Shown: piece after piece, positions 14,615-24,500 of the stretch | Layout: each line of letters opens with the position of its first letter | How positions within the stretch are numbered: the first letter of the stretch is position 1 | Assembly: GCA_035643335.1 (NCBI GenBank) | Contig: DASQQR010000033.1 | Coordinates: 1 to 28,237, forward strand | Length of the DNA stretch: 28,237 nucleotides | Origin: Anaerolineales bacterium | GTDB taxonomy: Bacteria > Chloroflexota > Anaerolineae > Anaerolineales > UBA4823 | Direction of reading: 5' to 3' | The notes under the pieces: generated by a model | Told to the model about the DNA's origin: nothing | The model's database searches: none | What the model saw: only the letters and a program-made list of their open reading frames with translations | Program-made: the position numbers and the translations under genes

Positions 14615-14875
14615 CTATTCCAGCCGATTTAAATTCAGCCAGTTGAGGATAAAAGAAGTGACTTGCTCTAAAACGATCCCTTGAGCCACTACCAGACTTA
14701 AGCCGATCGCAGCATAGGTAATCAAGTCGTTTTGGAAAAGGTGAGTGAGCCATGGGCCCAACAAGCGTAGCACAAGATAGAAATATCCGACGACCAGAAC
14801 CCCATAGATGAGCAGTTCAATGGCGAAATTTATGACAAGTTCACGGATTGTGATGTTTTCGGATTTGCTCGTCAT
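14615..14875 (-). CDS. Small hypothetical membrane protein (2 TM)
   Basis: 86 aa with two hydrophobic segments, and 11-bp gaps to the co-oriented genes on both sides. Confidence 0.75.
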   Translation of the reverse strand: MTSKSENITIRELVINFAIELLIYGVLVVGYFYLVLRLLGPWLTHLFQNDLITYAAIGLSLVVAQGIVLEQVTSFILNWLNLNRLE

Positions 14876-14886
14876 CGCACCTGTCT

Positions 14887-16047
14887 TTATCGGTTATCGG
14901 TATCTTGTTCGACACCAATTTTCTTGTAGATTTTGCTCTTTATCTGTTTATCGTAGACGCGCCATTTCAGTTCAAGGAAATCTTCACTGCTGTCCCCGCT
15001 CAGGAATTCAATTGGGATTTCAAATCCCCCTGCCATCATCTTTCCACCACCGAAATATCGTCCAGTGGAATCTTTCCCAAAAACCTCTTTGATAAAGTCA
15101 TCTGGGTCTAGAGTCAGCTTGGAGGTGCGCATTGAACCAATCAATGTCTCTTGATTATCTTCTAATACGATTCCATATACAATGGCGGTATGAATATATT
15201 CCTCTGTCAAGAGGAAATCTGCAACCTGGGGAATGGTATCTCGATCTTCAGCACGAAGATATCCTACTCCTACAATGGAATAATTCTCGACGATACTCCG
15301 TTCCTCCAACGCCCGGCGAATGATATCCATGGTTTGTTTAGAGCGTTGCTGGCTCATGATTTGTTCTAGCATTTCCGGGTCATGAAAAGTGCTTAGGAAA
15401 CCAGCCGCGTGAAAGTCGACCTCGCCAGCTCGAATAAAACCGCCAGTATCGGTTAGCAACCCATGGAACAGCGCCGTAGCTACAAGAGCATGATCCTTCT
15501 TTTCCTTGTCCAGATGGACAAGGTCCCCTTTTTCAAGATACTCTGAATAAATGGTGGCGGTAGCACCGGCGTGGCGACGGATATCGCTAAATTCGGCCTG
15601 CGGCATTTCTTGAAGCTCATGATGGTCGACGATGATCAGTGCCGGGATTCCGGTTTCGTCCATCGCCTCCACGATTTCTGGGGCGGTTGTGCCTTGATTG
15701 TCGATGTAGACTGCGCCATCATACTTTTCAAGATCAAGGGACTCCTCAAAGGGCTGGAGTTGGACGCCGATTAGCTTCACCAGGGCAAGGTTCTGCTGGT
15801 GGCTGATCTCGCCGCTGTGCAAGATATCCACTTCAATATCGAATTGGTGGCTGATCAGCTGGTGGGCGAAGGCGCAAGCAATCGCATCGGGATCCGGATA
15901 ATCCTGGATGACGACCGCGTGATACTCACCTCTGTGCGCTTCGAGGACATCCCTTATGCTGGAAGAGGCTGCGGGTTTTGCCGAGGGTTGTCCATTCTCG
16001 TTCGCTTCGTGAGTATCCTTTATATTTTGCTCCTCTTTTTTTGTCAT
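14887..16047 (-). CDS. DHH-family phosphoesterase (NrnA/PAP phosphatase-like)
   Basis: Motifs DYPDPDA, IDNQG, IVDHHE, LLTDTGGF and GGGK..AGG. RBS GGAGGAGG. Confidence 0.88.
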   Translation of the reverse strand: MTKKEEQNIKDTHEANENGQPSAKPAASSSIRDVLEAHRGEYHAVVIQDYPDPDAIACAFAHQLISHQFDIEVDILHSGEISHQQNLALVKLIGVQLQPFEESLDLEKYDGAVYIDNQGTTAPEIVEAMDETGIPALIIVDHHELQEMPQAEFSDIRRHAGATATIYSEYLEKGDLVHLDKEKKDHALVATALFHGLLTDTGGFIRAGEVDFHAAGFLSTFHDPEMLEQIMSQQRSKQTMDIIRRALEERSIVENYSIVGVGYLRAEDRDTIPQVADFLLTEEYIHTAIVYGIVLEDNQETLIGSMRTSKLTLDPDDFIKEVFGKDSTGRYFGGGKMMAGGFEIPIEFLSGDSSEDFLELKWRVYDKQIKSKIYKKIGVEQDTDNR

Positions 16048-16143
16048 TTAGCCCTCCTCCCAAATTATTGCTATTTTACCTTAACAGCCCAAATCCCAAA
16101 GACTTGACTTTTGCGGATCATTGGGAATTGCCGTGAACGAGGC

Positions 16144-16194
16144 AGATGTGGGGGGTTGGTGGCGGGCTGCGCCCGCCACCAACCCCCCACATCT
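16144..16194. repeat. Perfect 24-bp-arm hairpin, REP-like (family 2, copy 2)
   Basis: AGATGTGGGGGGTTGGTGGCGGGC-TGC-GCCCGCCACCAACCCCCCACATCT. The minus strand reads GTAGGGGC immediately 5' of the arm. Confidence 0.85.
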
Positions 16195-16256
16195 AGCCCC
16201 TACCACGCCAGATCCCAAAGAGACACTTTTGTGGTATGCTAACGATTGTGCCTGGA

Positions 16257-16639
16257 ATGAGCCATGGAGATTTCGCGGCGCTTTATGCCCGTTTTAAATC
16301 ACCAATCGCCGCGCTGAATTGCGGTCACAAATGCGCCCCGTATAATGATCGCGGGGTGCCTTTTTGCTGTGATACGCATCATGCCGTGCCAGCCGCCTAC
16401 AAGGCCGAATGCGTGTATTTGGAGGCGCATAAAGATCTGTGGCATCAGTGGGCGGGTAAGGATTCTGCCGAAACCGAGGATCTGCGCGAGCAATTCCCCT
16501 TTTGCACTGCAATAGCTATTTATACAAAGTCACCCCTGCGAATGAACGTATACGCCAAGTGCTGCCAGAGAGGCTGCGCAGCTTCGGGCCTGATAAAATC
16601 GCGAAAAGATTGCCGTTTCCGGATGAGCTGGGTGGCTAA
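16257..16639 (+). pseudogene. Probable pseudogene of a Cys-rich conserved hypothetical protein (internal deletion plus frameshift)
   Basis: The 5' frame has C-x3-C-x10-CC (NCGHKCAPYNDRGVPFCCD). At ~16490 a plausible protein tail (IPLLHCNSYLYKVTPANERIRQVLPERLRSFGP) continues in another frame to TAA 16637-16639. The family assignment is from recollection, not a search. Confidence 0.55.
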
Positions 16640-16669
16640 TTTGGGGCGATAAACATCTACTAAGATTTC

Positions 16670-18433
16670 ATGACCTCAACAGCTGTTCCTGCGGAATTCA
16701 CCCTGCCGGAGCATGGACTGACCGACAGACGCGGACCAGTGCGCTGGATCACCTCCCATGCGATCCATCACTGGTATTTTGGCCTGATGATGTTTATCGG
16801 CGCAGTTGGAAACGCAGCGCTGGCCGCGGTAGTACCGGTATTAATCGGAAATGCATTTAATCTTATCCTCAATACCCCAAGGGATATTCCAGGTTTATTG
16901 CGGATCGCGTTGATCATTGCTGGATCTCAAGTTCTGAGAGGCATCCTACAGCTGGGCCGTAACTTTGGTGCGGAATTAATCGGACAACGCATGGAACGGG
17001 ACATCCGCGATGAGATGTACGTCAGCCTGCTGGGCAAGAGCATGACCTTTCACAGCCTGCAGCCAGTTGGGGATACTATGGCGCGAGCTACCAACGATGT
17101 GCGAGAAATAAACTTGATGTTCAGCCCGGGGCTTAACCTGGTGGTAGGTTCAGGTAATTTCCTGTTGATGCCGATTATCTTGTCGCCGAGTTACAACCCT
17201 GCCCTCATCATCACCCCGATGTTGTTCTTTCTGAGCTATATCTTGGCCCTGTGGCAATATCTCCGCGAGTTGCGGCCGCTCACCACGGAAGTTCGACAAG
17301 CTTTTGGACAATTGAACACACGCCTGGCCGAAGCCATTGACGGCATTGAGACCGTAAAAGGTATGGCACAGGAAGCGAATGAGGTGAATCGATTTGCCAG
17401 GAATGCTTTTCGATTCCGGGATGCATTTGTCAAGCAGGGGGATGTGGAAGCCCGCTTCTTGCCCTTGTTGCTGTTGGGATTGGCACAGGCTGGAGGTTTC
17501 ATTCATTCCTTAATCCTCTTCCGTCAAGGTCTATTGAACATCGGTGGTGTTGTCGCCTATTTTGGACTGTTACAGTTATTTAGTTTCCCGACTTTCACCT
17601 CATTATTCGCTTACTCGCAGGTTTCGCTCGGATTGGCCAGTGCGCGCAGGATCCTGGAACTACTTAACCGGGAGGAGAATCTCGATCAGAACATCGCTGG
17701 TTTCAATGGGCGGGTTCAAGGCGAGGTGGAGTTCAAGGATGTGTCTTTCTCTTATAACGGTGAAAATGCCCTGGAAGGGATATCCTTTCAATCCAAGCCG
17801 GGCCAAACGGTAGCAATTGTGGGCCAAACGGGTTCAGGGAAGACTTCGCTGGTGAAGCTGATCAATCGTACCTATGATGTTACCCAAGGGCAAGTGTTGG
17901 TAGATGGTGTGGATGTACGCGATTGGAATCTGGAAGCGCTGAGGAAGAAAATCTCTATTATTGAGCAGGATGTCTTTCTCTTTTCGCGTACGATTGCCGA
18001 GAACATCGCTTTCGGCGCGCCGGGTGCTGCGCCGGAGGAAATCAAGTCTGCGGCCCAGTCTGCCCAGGCCCATGAATTCATTTTAAGTTTCCGGGATGGT
18101 TACCAGACCGAGATTGGTGAACGAGGGGTCACTCTCTCCGGCGGCCAGCGGCAGCGCCTAGCCTTGGGACGGGCATTTTTGACGGACCCGCGCATATTAA
18201 TTCTCGACGACTCCACCAGTGCAATCGATAGCGCCACTGAGGATCAGATTCAACGAGCGATATATACGGCTGCCCGAGGGCGAACCACTTTTATCATCAC
18301 CCACCGGCTGTCGCAGATTCGTTGGGCAGACTTGATCCTCGTCCTCCGGAAGGGCCGCTTGGTTGCCAGCGGAACCCATGAAGATCTGATGCGCACCTCC
18401 CAGGCCTACCGGCGAATATTTAGTGAAAAGTAG
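16670..18433 (+). CDS. ABC exporter, fused TMD-NBD (heterodimer subunit 1)
   Basis: Six-TM N-terminal domain, Walker [10 protein letters not shown], signature LSGGQRQR, Walker B ILILDD (non-canonical) and switch THR. Confidence 0.95.
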   Translation: MTSTAVPAEFTLPEHGLTDRRGPVRWITSHAIHHWYFGLMMFIGAVGNAALAAVVPVLIGNAFNLILNTPRDIPGLLRIALIIAGSQVLRGILQLGRNFGAELIGQRMERDIRDEMYVSLLGKSMTFHSLQPVGDTMARATNDVREINLMFSPGLNLVVGSGNFLLMPIILSPSYNPALIITPMLFFLSYILALWQYLRELRPLTTEVRQAFGQLNTRLAEAIDGIETVKGMAQEANEVNRFARNAFRFRDAFVKQGDVEARFLPLLLLGLAQAGGFIHSLILFRQGLLNIGGVVAYFGLLQLFSFPTFTSLFAYSQVSLGLASARRILELLNREENLDQNIAGFNGRVQGEVEFKDVSFSYNGENALEGISFQSKPGQTVAIVGQTGSGKTSLVKLINRTYDVTQGQVLVDGVDVRDWNLEALRKKISIIEQDVFLFSRTIAENIAFGAPGAAPEEIKSAAQSAQAHEFILSFRDGYQTEIGERGVTLSGGQRQRLALGRAFLTDPRILILDDSTSAIDSATEDQIQRAIYTAARGRTTFIITHRLSQIRWADLILVLRKGRLVASGTHEDLMRTSQAYRRIFSEK

Positions 18434-18451
18434 GAAACTCGAGACCCCTCT

Positions 18452-20266
18452 ATGGGATTTTTTACTGGATTGGATACCGAAGGCTACGATCGCCAATATA
18501 CTGACCAGCAGCTCTTGGAGCGGATGGCGGAATATTTCCGTCCGCATGCCAGGCGGATTATCTGGGTCGGTATTCTGTTGGTACTGATCGCATTAGCAGG
18601 CGCGAGTCTACCGATCATCGTTTCGCGCGCTTTGAATGTGCTACAAGGTAGCTTTACACCGCTCACCATTGGTGTTCTGGGCGCGCTAGTGTTTGCAATT
18701 GGTGTGATCGTATGGGGAGCGAATTGGGCTCGCCGCCGGCTGACCGTGAGAGCGGTGGGTGATGTGGTCTTGACCTTGCGATCGGATGCTTTTCGAGCCG
18801 CCACCGAGCACGACTTATCATTCTACGATGAATTCTCCTCAGGACGGATCGTATCACGCATCACTTCGGACACCAAGGACTTTGGGGAAGTAGTAGTATT
18901 GGTTACAGATTTGTTGTCTCAGGTGATCCAGGCGCTGATTCTGGGGGTGGTGTTGCTGACCGTTCAGTGGCGGCTTACTCTGTATGTGTTTGGAACACTG
19001 CCGGTTATCTTCTTGGTGGCGGTGGCTTACCGTAGGTTAGCGCGCACGGTTACCCGCCGCGGGATGAGGGCGATGGCCAATGTTAACGCGGCGATCAAGG
19101 AGACGGTGAGCGGGATCGCAGTGGCTAAGAATTTCCGCCAGGAAAGGACCGTATTTACGGAATTCGACCAGGCCAACCAGCAATCTTATCGCGTCAACGT
19201 ACAACGCGGTTTTGTGCTTTCCATCGTGTTCCCTACGCTGAACGCTCTGGGCGGGCTGGCCACAGCTCTCTTGGTGTATGTTGGTGGCCTCGACGTCGCT
19301 GCAGGGGCAGTAACTGCAGGGGCATGGTTCCTGTTCCTGCAAAGTTTGGACAGTTTCTTCTTCCCTGTACTCAACCTCTCGGCTTTCTGGGCACAGGTCC
19401 AGTCCGGTTTGTCCTCTGCCGAACGCGTCTTCGCTCTCATCGACGCCGAGTCCAAAGTGGTTCAGATCGGCGCGCAGCCCCTATCTCAATTACGTGGGGA
19501 GATATGTTTTGAGAATGTGTGGTTTCGCTACACTGAGAAGGAACAGATACTGGAAGATTTCAGTCTGCAAATTCCAGCCGGTCAAAATATCGCCCTGGTG
19601 GGACACACCGGGGCGGGAAAGACTTCAATTGCCAAGCTGATCGCGCGTTTTTACGAATTCCAGAAAGGGCGCGTTCTGATCGACGGGCAAGATATTCGCG
19701 CCTTCGATTTGAACGCCTATCGCCGCCAACTGGGGATCGTCTCCCAGATGCCATTCTTGTTCTCGGGGACAGTAGCTGAAAACATCTGTTACGCCTGTCC
19801 GGATGTCAATCTGGAGCTGATCAAAGAGATTTCTTATCAGATTGGTGACGGCGAATGGCTGGAGACCTTACCCCACGGTTTACAAACTGAGGTAGGGGAA
19901 CGGGGAGGCCGGCTCTCCATGGGGCAAAGACAGCTAGTCTCCTTGATGCGAGTTTTGGTTCAGCGACCGGCCATCTTTATCCTCGACGAGGCCACCGCCA
20001 GCATTGATCCCTTCACCGAATGGCAGATCCAGCAGGCCTTGGACCTCATTCTTGCAAATACGACCAGCATCTTGATCGCCCACCGGCTCTCTACGGTTAA
20101 GGCAGCGGATCGGATTATTGTCTTAGAGAAGGGCAAGATCATCGAGGAAGGGAATCATGAAAGCCTGTTGGCTCAGGGTGGTCACTACGCTCATCTGTAT
20201 AACACCTACTTCCGGCACCAGAGCCTGGAATATGTGGAGCAGGCTCGTTCGATGGCAGAGGGTTAG
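18452..20266 (+). CDS. ABC exporter, fused TMD-NBD (heterodimer subunit 2)
   Basis: Walker A GHTGAGKTS, signature LSMGQRQ (non-canonical), Walker B FILDEAT and switch AHR. Confidence 0.95.
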   Translation: MGFFTGLDTEGYDRQYTDQQLLERMAEYFRPHARRIIWVGILLVLIALAGASLPIIVSRALNVLQGSFTPLTIGVLGALVFAIGVIVWGANWARRRLTVRAVGDVVLTLRSDAFRAATEHDLSFYDEFSSGRIVSRITSDTKDFGEVVVLVTDLLSQVIQALILGVVLLTVQWRLTLYVFGTLPVIFLVAVAYRRLARTVTRRGMRAMANVNAAIKETVSGIAVAKNFRQERTVFTEFDQANQQSYRVNVQRGFVLSIVFPTLNALGGLATALLVYVGGLDVAAGAVTAGAWFLFLQSLDSFFFPVLNLSAFWAQVQSGLSSAERVFALIDAESKVVQIGAQPLSQLRGEICFENVWFRYTEKEQILEDFSLQIPAGQNIALVGHTGAGKTSIAKLIARFYEFQKGRVLIDGQDIRAFDLNAYRRQLGIVSQMPFLFSGTVAENICYACPDVNLELIKEISYQIGDGEWLETLPHGLQTEVGERGGRLSMGQRQLVSLMRVLVQRPAIFILDEATASIDPFTEWQIQQALDLILANTTSILIAHRLSTVKAADRIIVLEKGKIIEEGNHESLLAQGGHYAHLYNTYFRHQSLEYVEQARSMAEG

Positions 20267-20272
20267 GGTGTT

Positions 20273-21487
20273 ATGGCTCTGGCGCCCATAAGCATCTCGG
20301 TACGGCCAGGATATCCGGATTTCCTCGACTTGCCCTGGGATCGTCCGTTGGGCCAGTGGGAGGGATACTGTGGGCGTTTGGAGGAGGTTCCACGTGGTCT
20401 CTCGCGCCATCCGATTGTCTTCGTCAACTATGACGGAAGTCTATTCGCGCTCAAGGAAATGCCGCCAGACGTGGCAGAAAAAGAATATGATGTCTTAACG
20501 CAGATTGAGGATACGCATCTTCCCGCCGTCACCCCAGTTGGGCATGTCTTAACCCAGGTTCGGGAGTCCAACGCCAGCATTCTAATCACTCGCTTCTTGG
20601 ACCGTTCCCTACCCTATCGGTCGCTGTTTATGCGCAGTACCCTGGAGAATTACCGCGGGCATCTTCTGGACGCAATGGCAGGTTTGCTGGTACAGCTGCA
20701 CCTAACTGGCATCTATTGGGGCGATTGTTCCCTTTCAAACGTGCTTTTCAGACGGGATGCGGGTGCCTTGCAGGCATATCTGGTCGACGCCGAAACCGCG
20801 GAGGTTCATACGGCACGCTTATCGCCTACTTTGCGTCACCATGACCTGGAGATTATGGAGGAAAATATACGCGGTGATCTGAGCGATTTGGCTGCCTCCG
20901 GGTTTCTGTCTATGGATTTCCCGGTCCTGGATACCGGGGCTTATATCCGCCAGCGTTATCGAGGCCTATGGGAAGAGATCACCCGCGAGGTGATTATTAA
21001 TCCGGAAGAACACTACCGCATCCAGGAACGGATCAGCGCACTGAACGCCCTGGGTTTCTCAGTCGGTGAAGTGAAGCTGCAGACCACGGAGAGCGGGGAT
21101 CGCATCCGGCTGCGGGCGATGGTTACCGATCGCAACTTTCACCGGGAGCAGTTCTACGGTTTAACCGGGTTGGAGGCTGAGGATTTGCAGGCCCAGAAAA
21201 TGATGAACGAGATCCAGGAGATCAAGGCGACTTTGGAATACCAGAACAACCGTAGTACGCCGCTAAGCGTGGCGGCCTATCATTGGATGGAACATGTATA
21301 CCAACCTGCCATGGAAATCCTGAGTCCCCTGGTAGACCGCTACAATGCTCCGGCCGAGTTGTACTGCCAGGTTCTTGAGCACAAGTGGTTTCTATCTGAA
21401 CGAGCACAGCATGACGTGGGTCACCAGATCGCGGCGAAAGATTATCTGGAGCACTACAGCAACCCCGATTCCTATCAGTCCAGTTAG
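20273..21487 (+). CDS. DUF4032-type protein with N-terminal kinase-like (Kdo/APH-like) domain
   Basis: Motifs FLDLPW, RGLSRH, ALKE, LHLTGIYWGDCSLSNVLFRRDAG, YLVDAET and LEHKWFLSE. Confidence 0.8.
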   Translation: MALAPISISVRPGYPDFLDLPWDRPLGQWEGYCGRLEEVPRGLSRHPIVFVNYDGSLFALKEMPPDVAEKEYDVLTQIEDTHLPAVTPVGHVLTQVRESNASILITRFLDRSLPYRSLFMRSTLENYRGHLLDAMAGLLVQLHLTGIYWGDCSLSNVLFRRDAGALQAYLVDAETAEVHTARLSPTLRHHDLEIMEENIRGDLSDLAASGFLSMDFPVLDTGAYIRQRYRGLWEEITREVIINPEEHYRIQERISALNALGFSVGEVKLQTTESGDRIRLRAMVTDRNFHREQFYGLTGLEAEDLQAQKMMNEIQEIKATLEYQNNRSTPLSVAAYHWMEHVYQPAMEILSPLVDRYNAPAELYCQVLEHKWFLSERAQHDVGHQIAAKDYLEHYSNPDSYQSS

Positions 21488-21503
21488 TATTCTCTCTCTT
21501 TCC

Positions 21504-21532
21504 TTGCACTTCCCCTCCGCCTAACATACAAT
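21504..21532 (+). promoter_or_regulatory. Sigma70-type promoter of the histidine kinase gene (TTGCAC-N17-TACAAT)
   Basis: TTGCAC at 21504-21509, a 17-bp spacer and TACAAT at 21527-21532. ATG 21539 follows 6 nt later, with no Shine-Dalgarno. Confidence 0.65.
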
Positions 21533-21538
21533 TGGCGC

Positions 21539-24500
21539 ATGCCCGATATCAAGCATGCACCGCTCTTTTCCAGTGGAGCGTCAACAGCAGGGTGGTCGCC
21601 GTCTTTCCGGTGGGTAAAATCCGCCGCACTGGCATATCTGCAGAAACAACTCGTCGCTGCCCTAATATTTTTGTACCAGGGCCTGGCTGCGTTGATGTTT
21701 GTGGCGGTGCCGCTCTCGGCATTCCATTGGCTGCGCACGCCTTTCTTGGGAGTGTTCACGCAAGCGGCTCTGATCATTCCCTATGTCACCGGTTTGATTT
21801 ACTTGGCCAGCAGTCTATGGGTGCTTGGTTTTCGCCGTACGGATGCCAGCAGGCGAGCCTTCGCGGTTTTTGCAACCTCAATGGCTATAGCAATCGTCGG
21901 TCTGTTCGACAGCGATACAAGCGATCGCCTGGCATATATCTGGCCTTTGGCGATCGCGCTTGCTGGAGGAGCTTTGTTCAACCTCGGATTGCTCTTTCCT
22001 CAGGAAGTCCGCCTGGTGCGGCGTTACCCCGCCTTGCGCTGGGCAGGGTACGCGCCCGCTATAGGATTGGCCCTGTTTGCCTTTTCCGGGCGAAATGACG
22101 TATCGAACTCAGCAGCGTACCTGCTTATCCAGCGTCTGGATTTCATCTTCCTCAGCCTGGTGGTGGTTTTCTTCTTGAGCTGGACGCTCTCACGCCGTTT
22201 GAGCTCCCCCTCTCCAATTGTTCGGGAGCAAAGTTTTCTGGTTTTGTGGGCTTCAGTAATCTCTTTCGGCCCAATGCTCGGCTTTTTCATCACGCACACG
22301 ATCGATGCAACGGTCCAATTCACACCGCTACTGTTGCTTCCGCTGCCGGCATTCCCCTTGGTCACAGGTTACTCCATTCTGCGCTCTCGCCGCCTTGACA
22401 CGGACTACCTGCTCAGCCGGGGTGTCTTATTTGCTATCATGTCGATGCTGGTTGCCTCAGGTTATGCGCTGCTGGTAAGTGGAGCGAGTCTCGTTCTTGG
22501 CCAACTGCTCCCAGCCGGTACCCCATTCTTGATTGGCATAGTGGTTTTTGTCCTGGCTTTGTGCCTTAATCCACTGCGTCTGTACTTACAAAGGGCAGTT
22601 GATAAAGTGTTCTTTAAAGGGCAAGCCGGATATCGGGCGCAGCTGCAGGAATTTGGGCACGAGTTAACTCAGATGATGGGGCTGGACGGAATCACTGATG
22701 TACTGCGCCGGTATGTGACCAGCGCCCTTTTCCCGGCCCAGCTCCATGTTTTCATCCACGACGCGCTGGGTGATTGCTACAGAGCCAAGCCTGACCAGCG
22801 GGGCCGCCGTACCAGCGACCTGCGTTTTGCCGCGGATAGTTCTCTCGCGCAAATTTTGGCCCATCGGAAGGCGTCTCTTTTCTTGAGCGAAGGCCAATCG
22901 CTACCAGTGGCGCTATTAGCCGAGCGAGCTCGCTTGGCTATGTTGGGGGCCAATCTTTTCATACCTCTTCCGGGCCAGCAACGCTTGGTTGGCTGGATGG
23001 CTCTTGGCCCAAGGCGTTCCGGCGACCCGTATACTAGCAACGACGTCGCATTTCTGGAATCATTGGCGGACCAGTCTGCTTTGGCGATGGAGAGGGCCCA
23101 GGTAGTCGCGGATTTGGAGCGCCAGGTTCATCAGATGGATGTAGTGACCCGCTTAGCGCAAGGCGTCAACATAACCTTGGCCTTCGATGACCTGCTTGAG
23201 CTGTTTTACGCCCAGACGAGCCATCTCCTGCCAATGCGCGATTTTCGCATCACGCTGCTGGATGATAGTGGTGAGACCCTTTACCACGCGTTTTACCTGG
23301 ATAAAGATGAGAGAATAAGCGAGCGCGAGAATCAGCCATTACCAGGGGGACAAGGTTTGGAAGCAGAGGTTGTCAGTGGTCAGCGCGCCATCATCGCTGT
23401 GGAATACGAGCAAGAGTGTCGCAGCCGGGGTTTACTGCCTGAAACGAAGGGTATCAAAGCCTGGGTAGGTGTTCCACTGCATGCAGGGGCAGATACGATT
23501 GGAGCAATGAGCCTGGGCAGCCGGGATCCAACCCTTGCCTATACCCAAGAACAGGTCAATTTGCTGCAAACCATTGCCGATCTGGCAGCTGGCGCGATCC
23601 TTAAGGCGCGCCTGTTGGAAGAGACTGAAGCGAGCGTACGGCAAATGAGGACCCTCAATGAGATTGCTCGGAGTATTACCTCGACGCTCGATCTTGACCC
23701 GTTGCTCCAAGAAATTATGCAAAGTGCGGTGGACATCTTAGAGTGCGAGGCCGGAAGTTTGTTGATGGTTGATGAAAATACCGGCGAGTCGGTTTTTGAA
23801 GTCGCTATAGGTCCAGTCGGGGCCGAGCTGGTTGGGCAGCGAGTGCCACCGGGAGCAGGTTTGGTCGGAAAAGCCGTGGCCAACGGAGAAGCGGTCATCC
23901 AAAATGACGTGCGCCGGAGCAGGGAATGGTTCGATACAGATAAGGACACCGGGTATTCCACGCAGGATCTACTGGTTGTGCCCATGAGAGTGAAAGATCG
24001 CGTGCTTGGAGTGCTCGAAGTGCTGAACAAACGGGATCGATCGCCATTTACTCACAAAGATCAGGAATTGCTCAGTGCCTTCGCGGCCCAAGCCGTGGTA
24101 GCAATCGAAAACGCGCGCTCGTATACGCTGACCGATCAGGCCCTGGCAGCACGCGTCGAAGAACTCTCGGTGATGCAGCGGATCGATCGAGAATTGAATG
24201 CAAGCCTGGACGTGCAACGGGCGATGCGCATTACTTTGGAGTGGGCGCTGCGCCAGTCGAAAGCGGAGGCAGGGTTGGTCGGGGTAATTACCCAAGAAGG
24301 CGTGCGGGTGATGGTCACCCAGGGTTACGCGGACGAATTGGACGCCTACAATGACTCTCTTCTGCCGCTGGATCTGCCCGTTCTAGAGGAGGCGGTTGCC
24401 GGTGGGCAACCATACTGCAGGCCCGTGGGTACGAAAGCCCAGGTAACCCAGGATCAATCAGATGGCGAAATTGAGCGTGGCGGGAATGATTTCCGGCTCC

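Noticed and set aside
14604-14753. 50-aa N-terminal extension of the TSUP in the ORF track
   Set aside because: It overlaps the upstream membrane-protein gene, and ATG 14603 has a good RBS.
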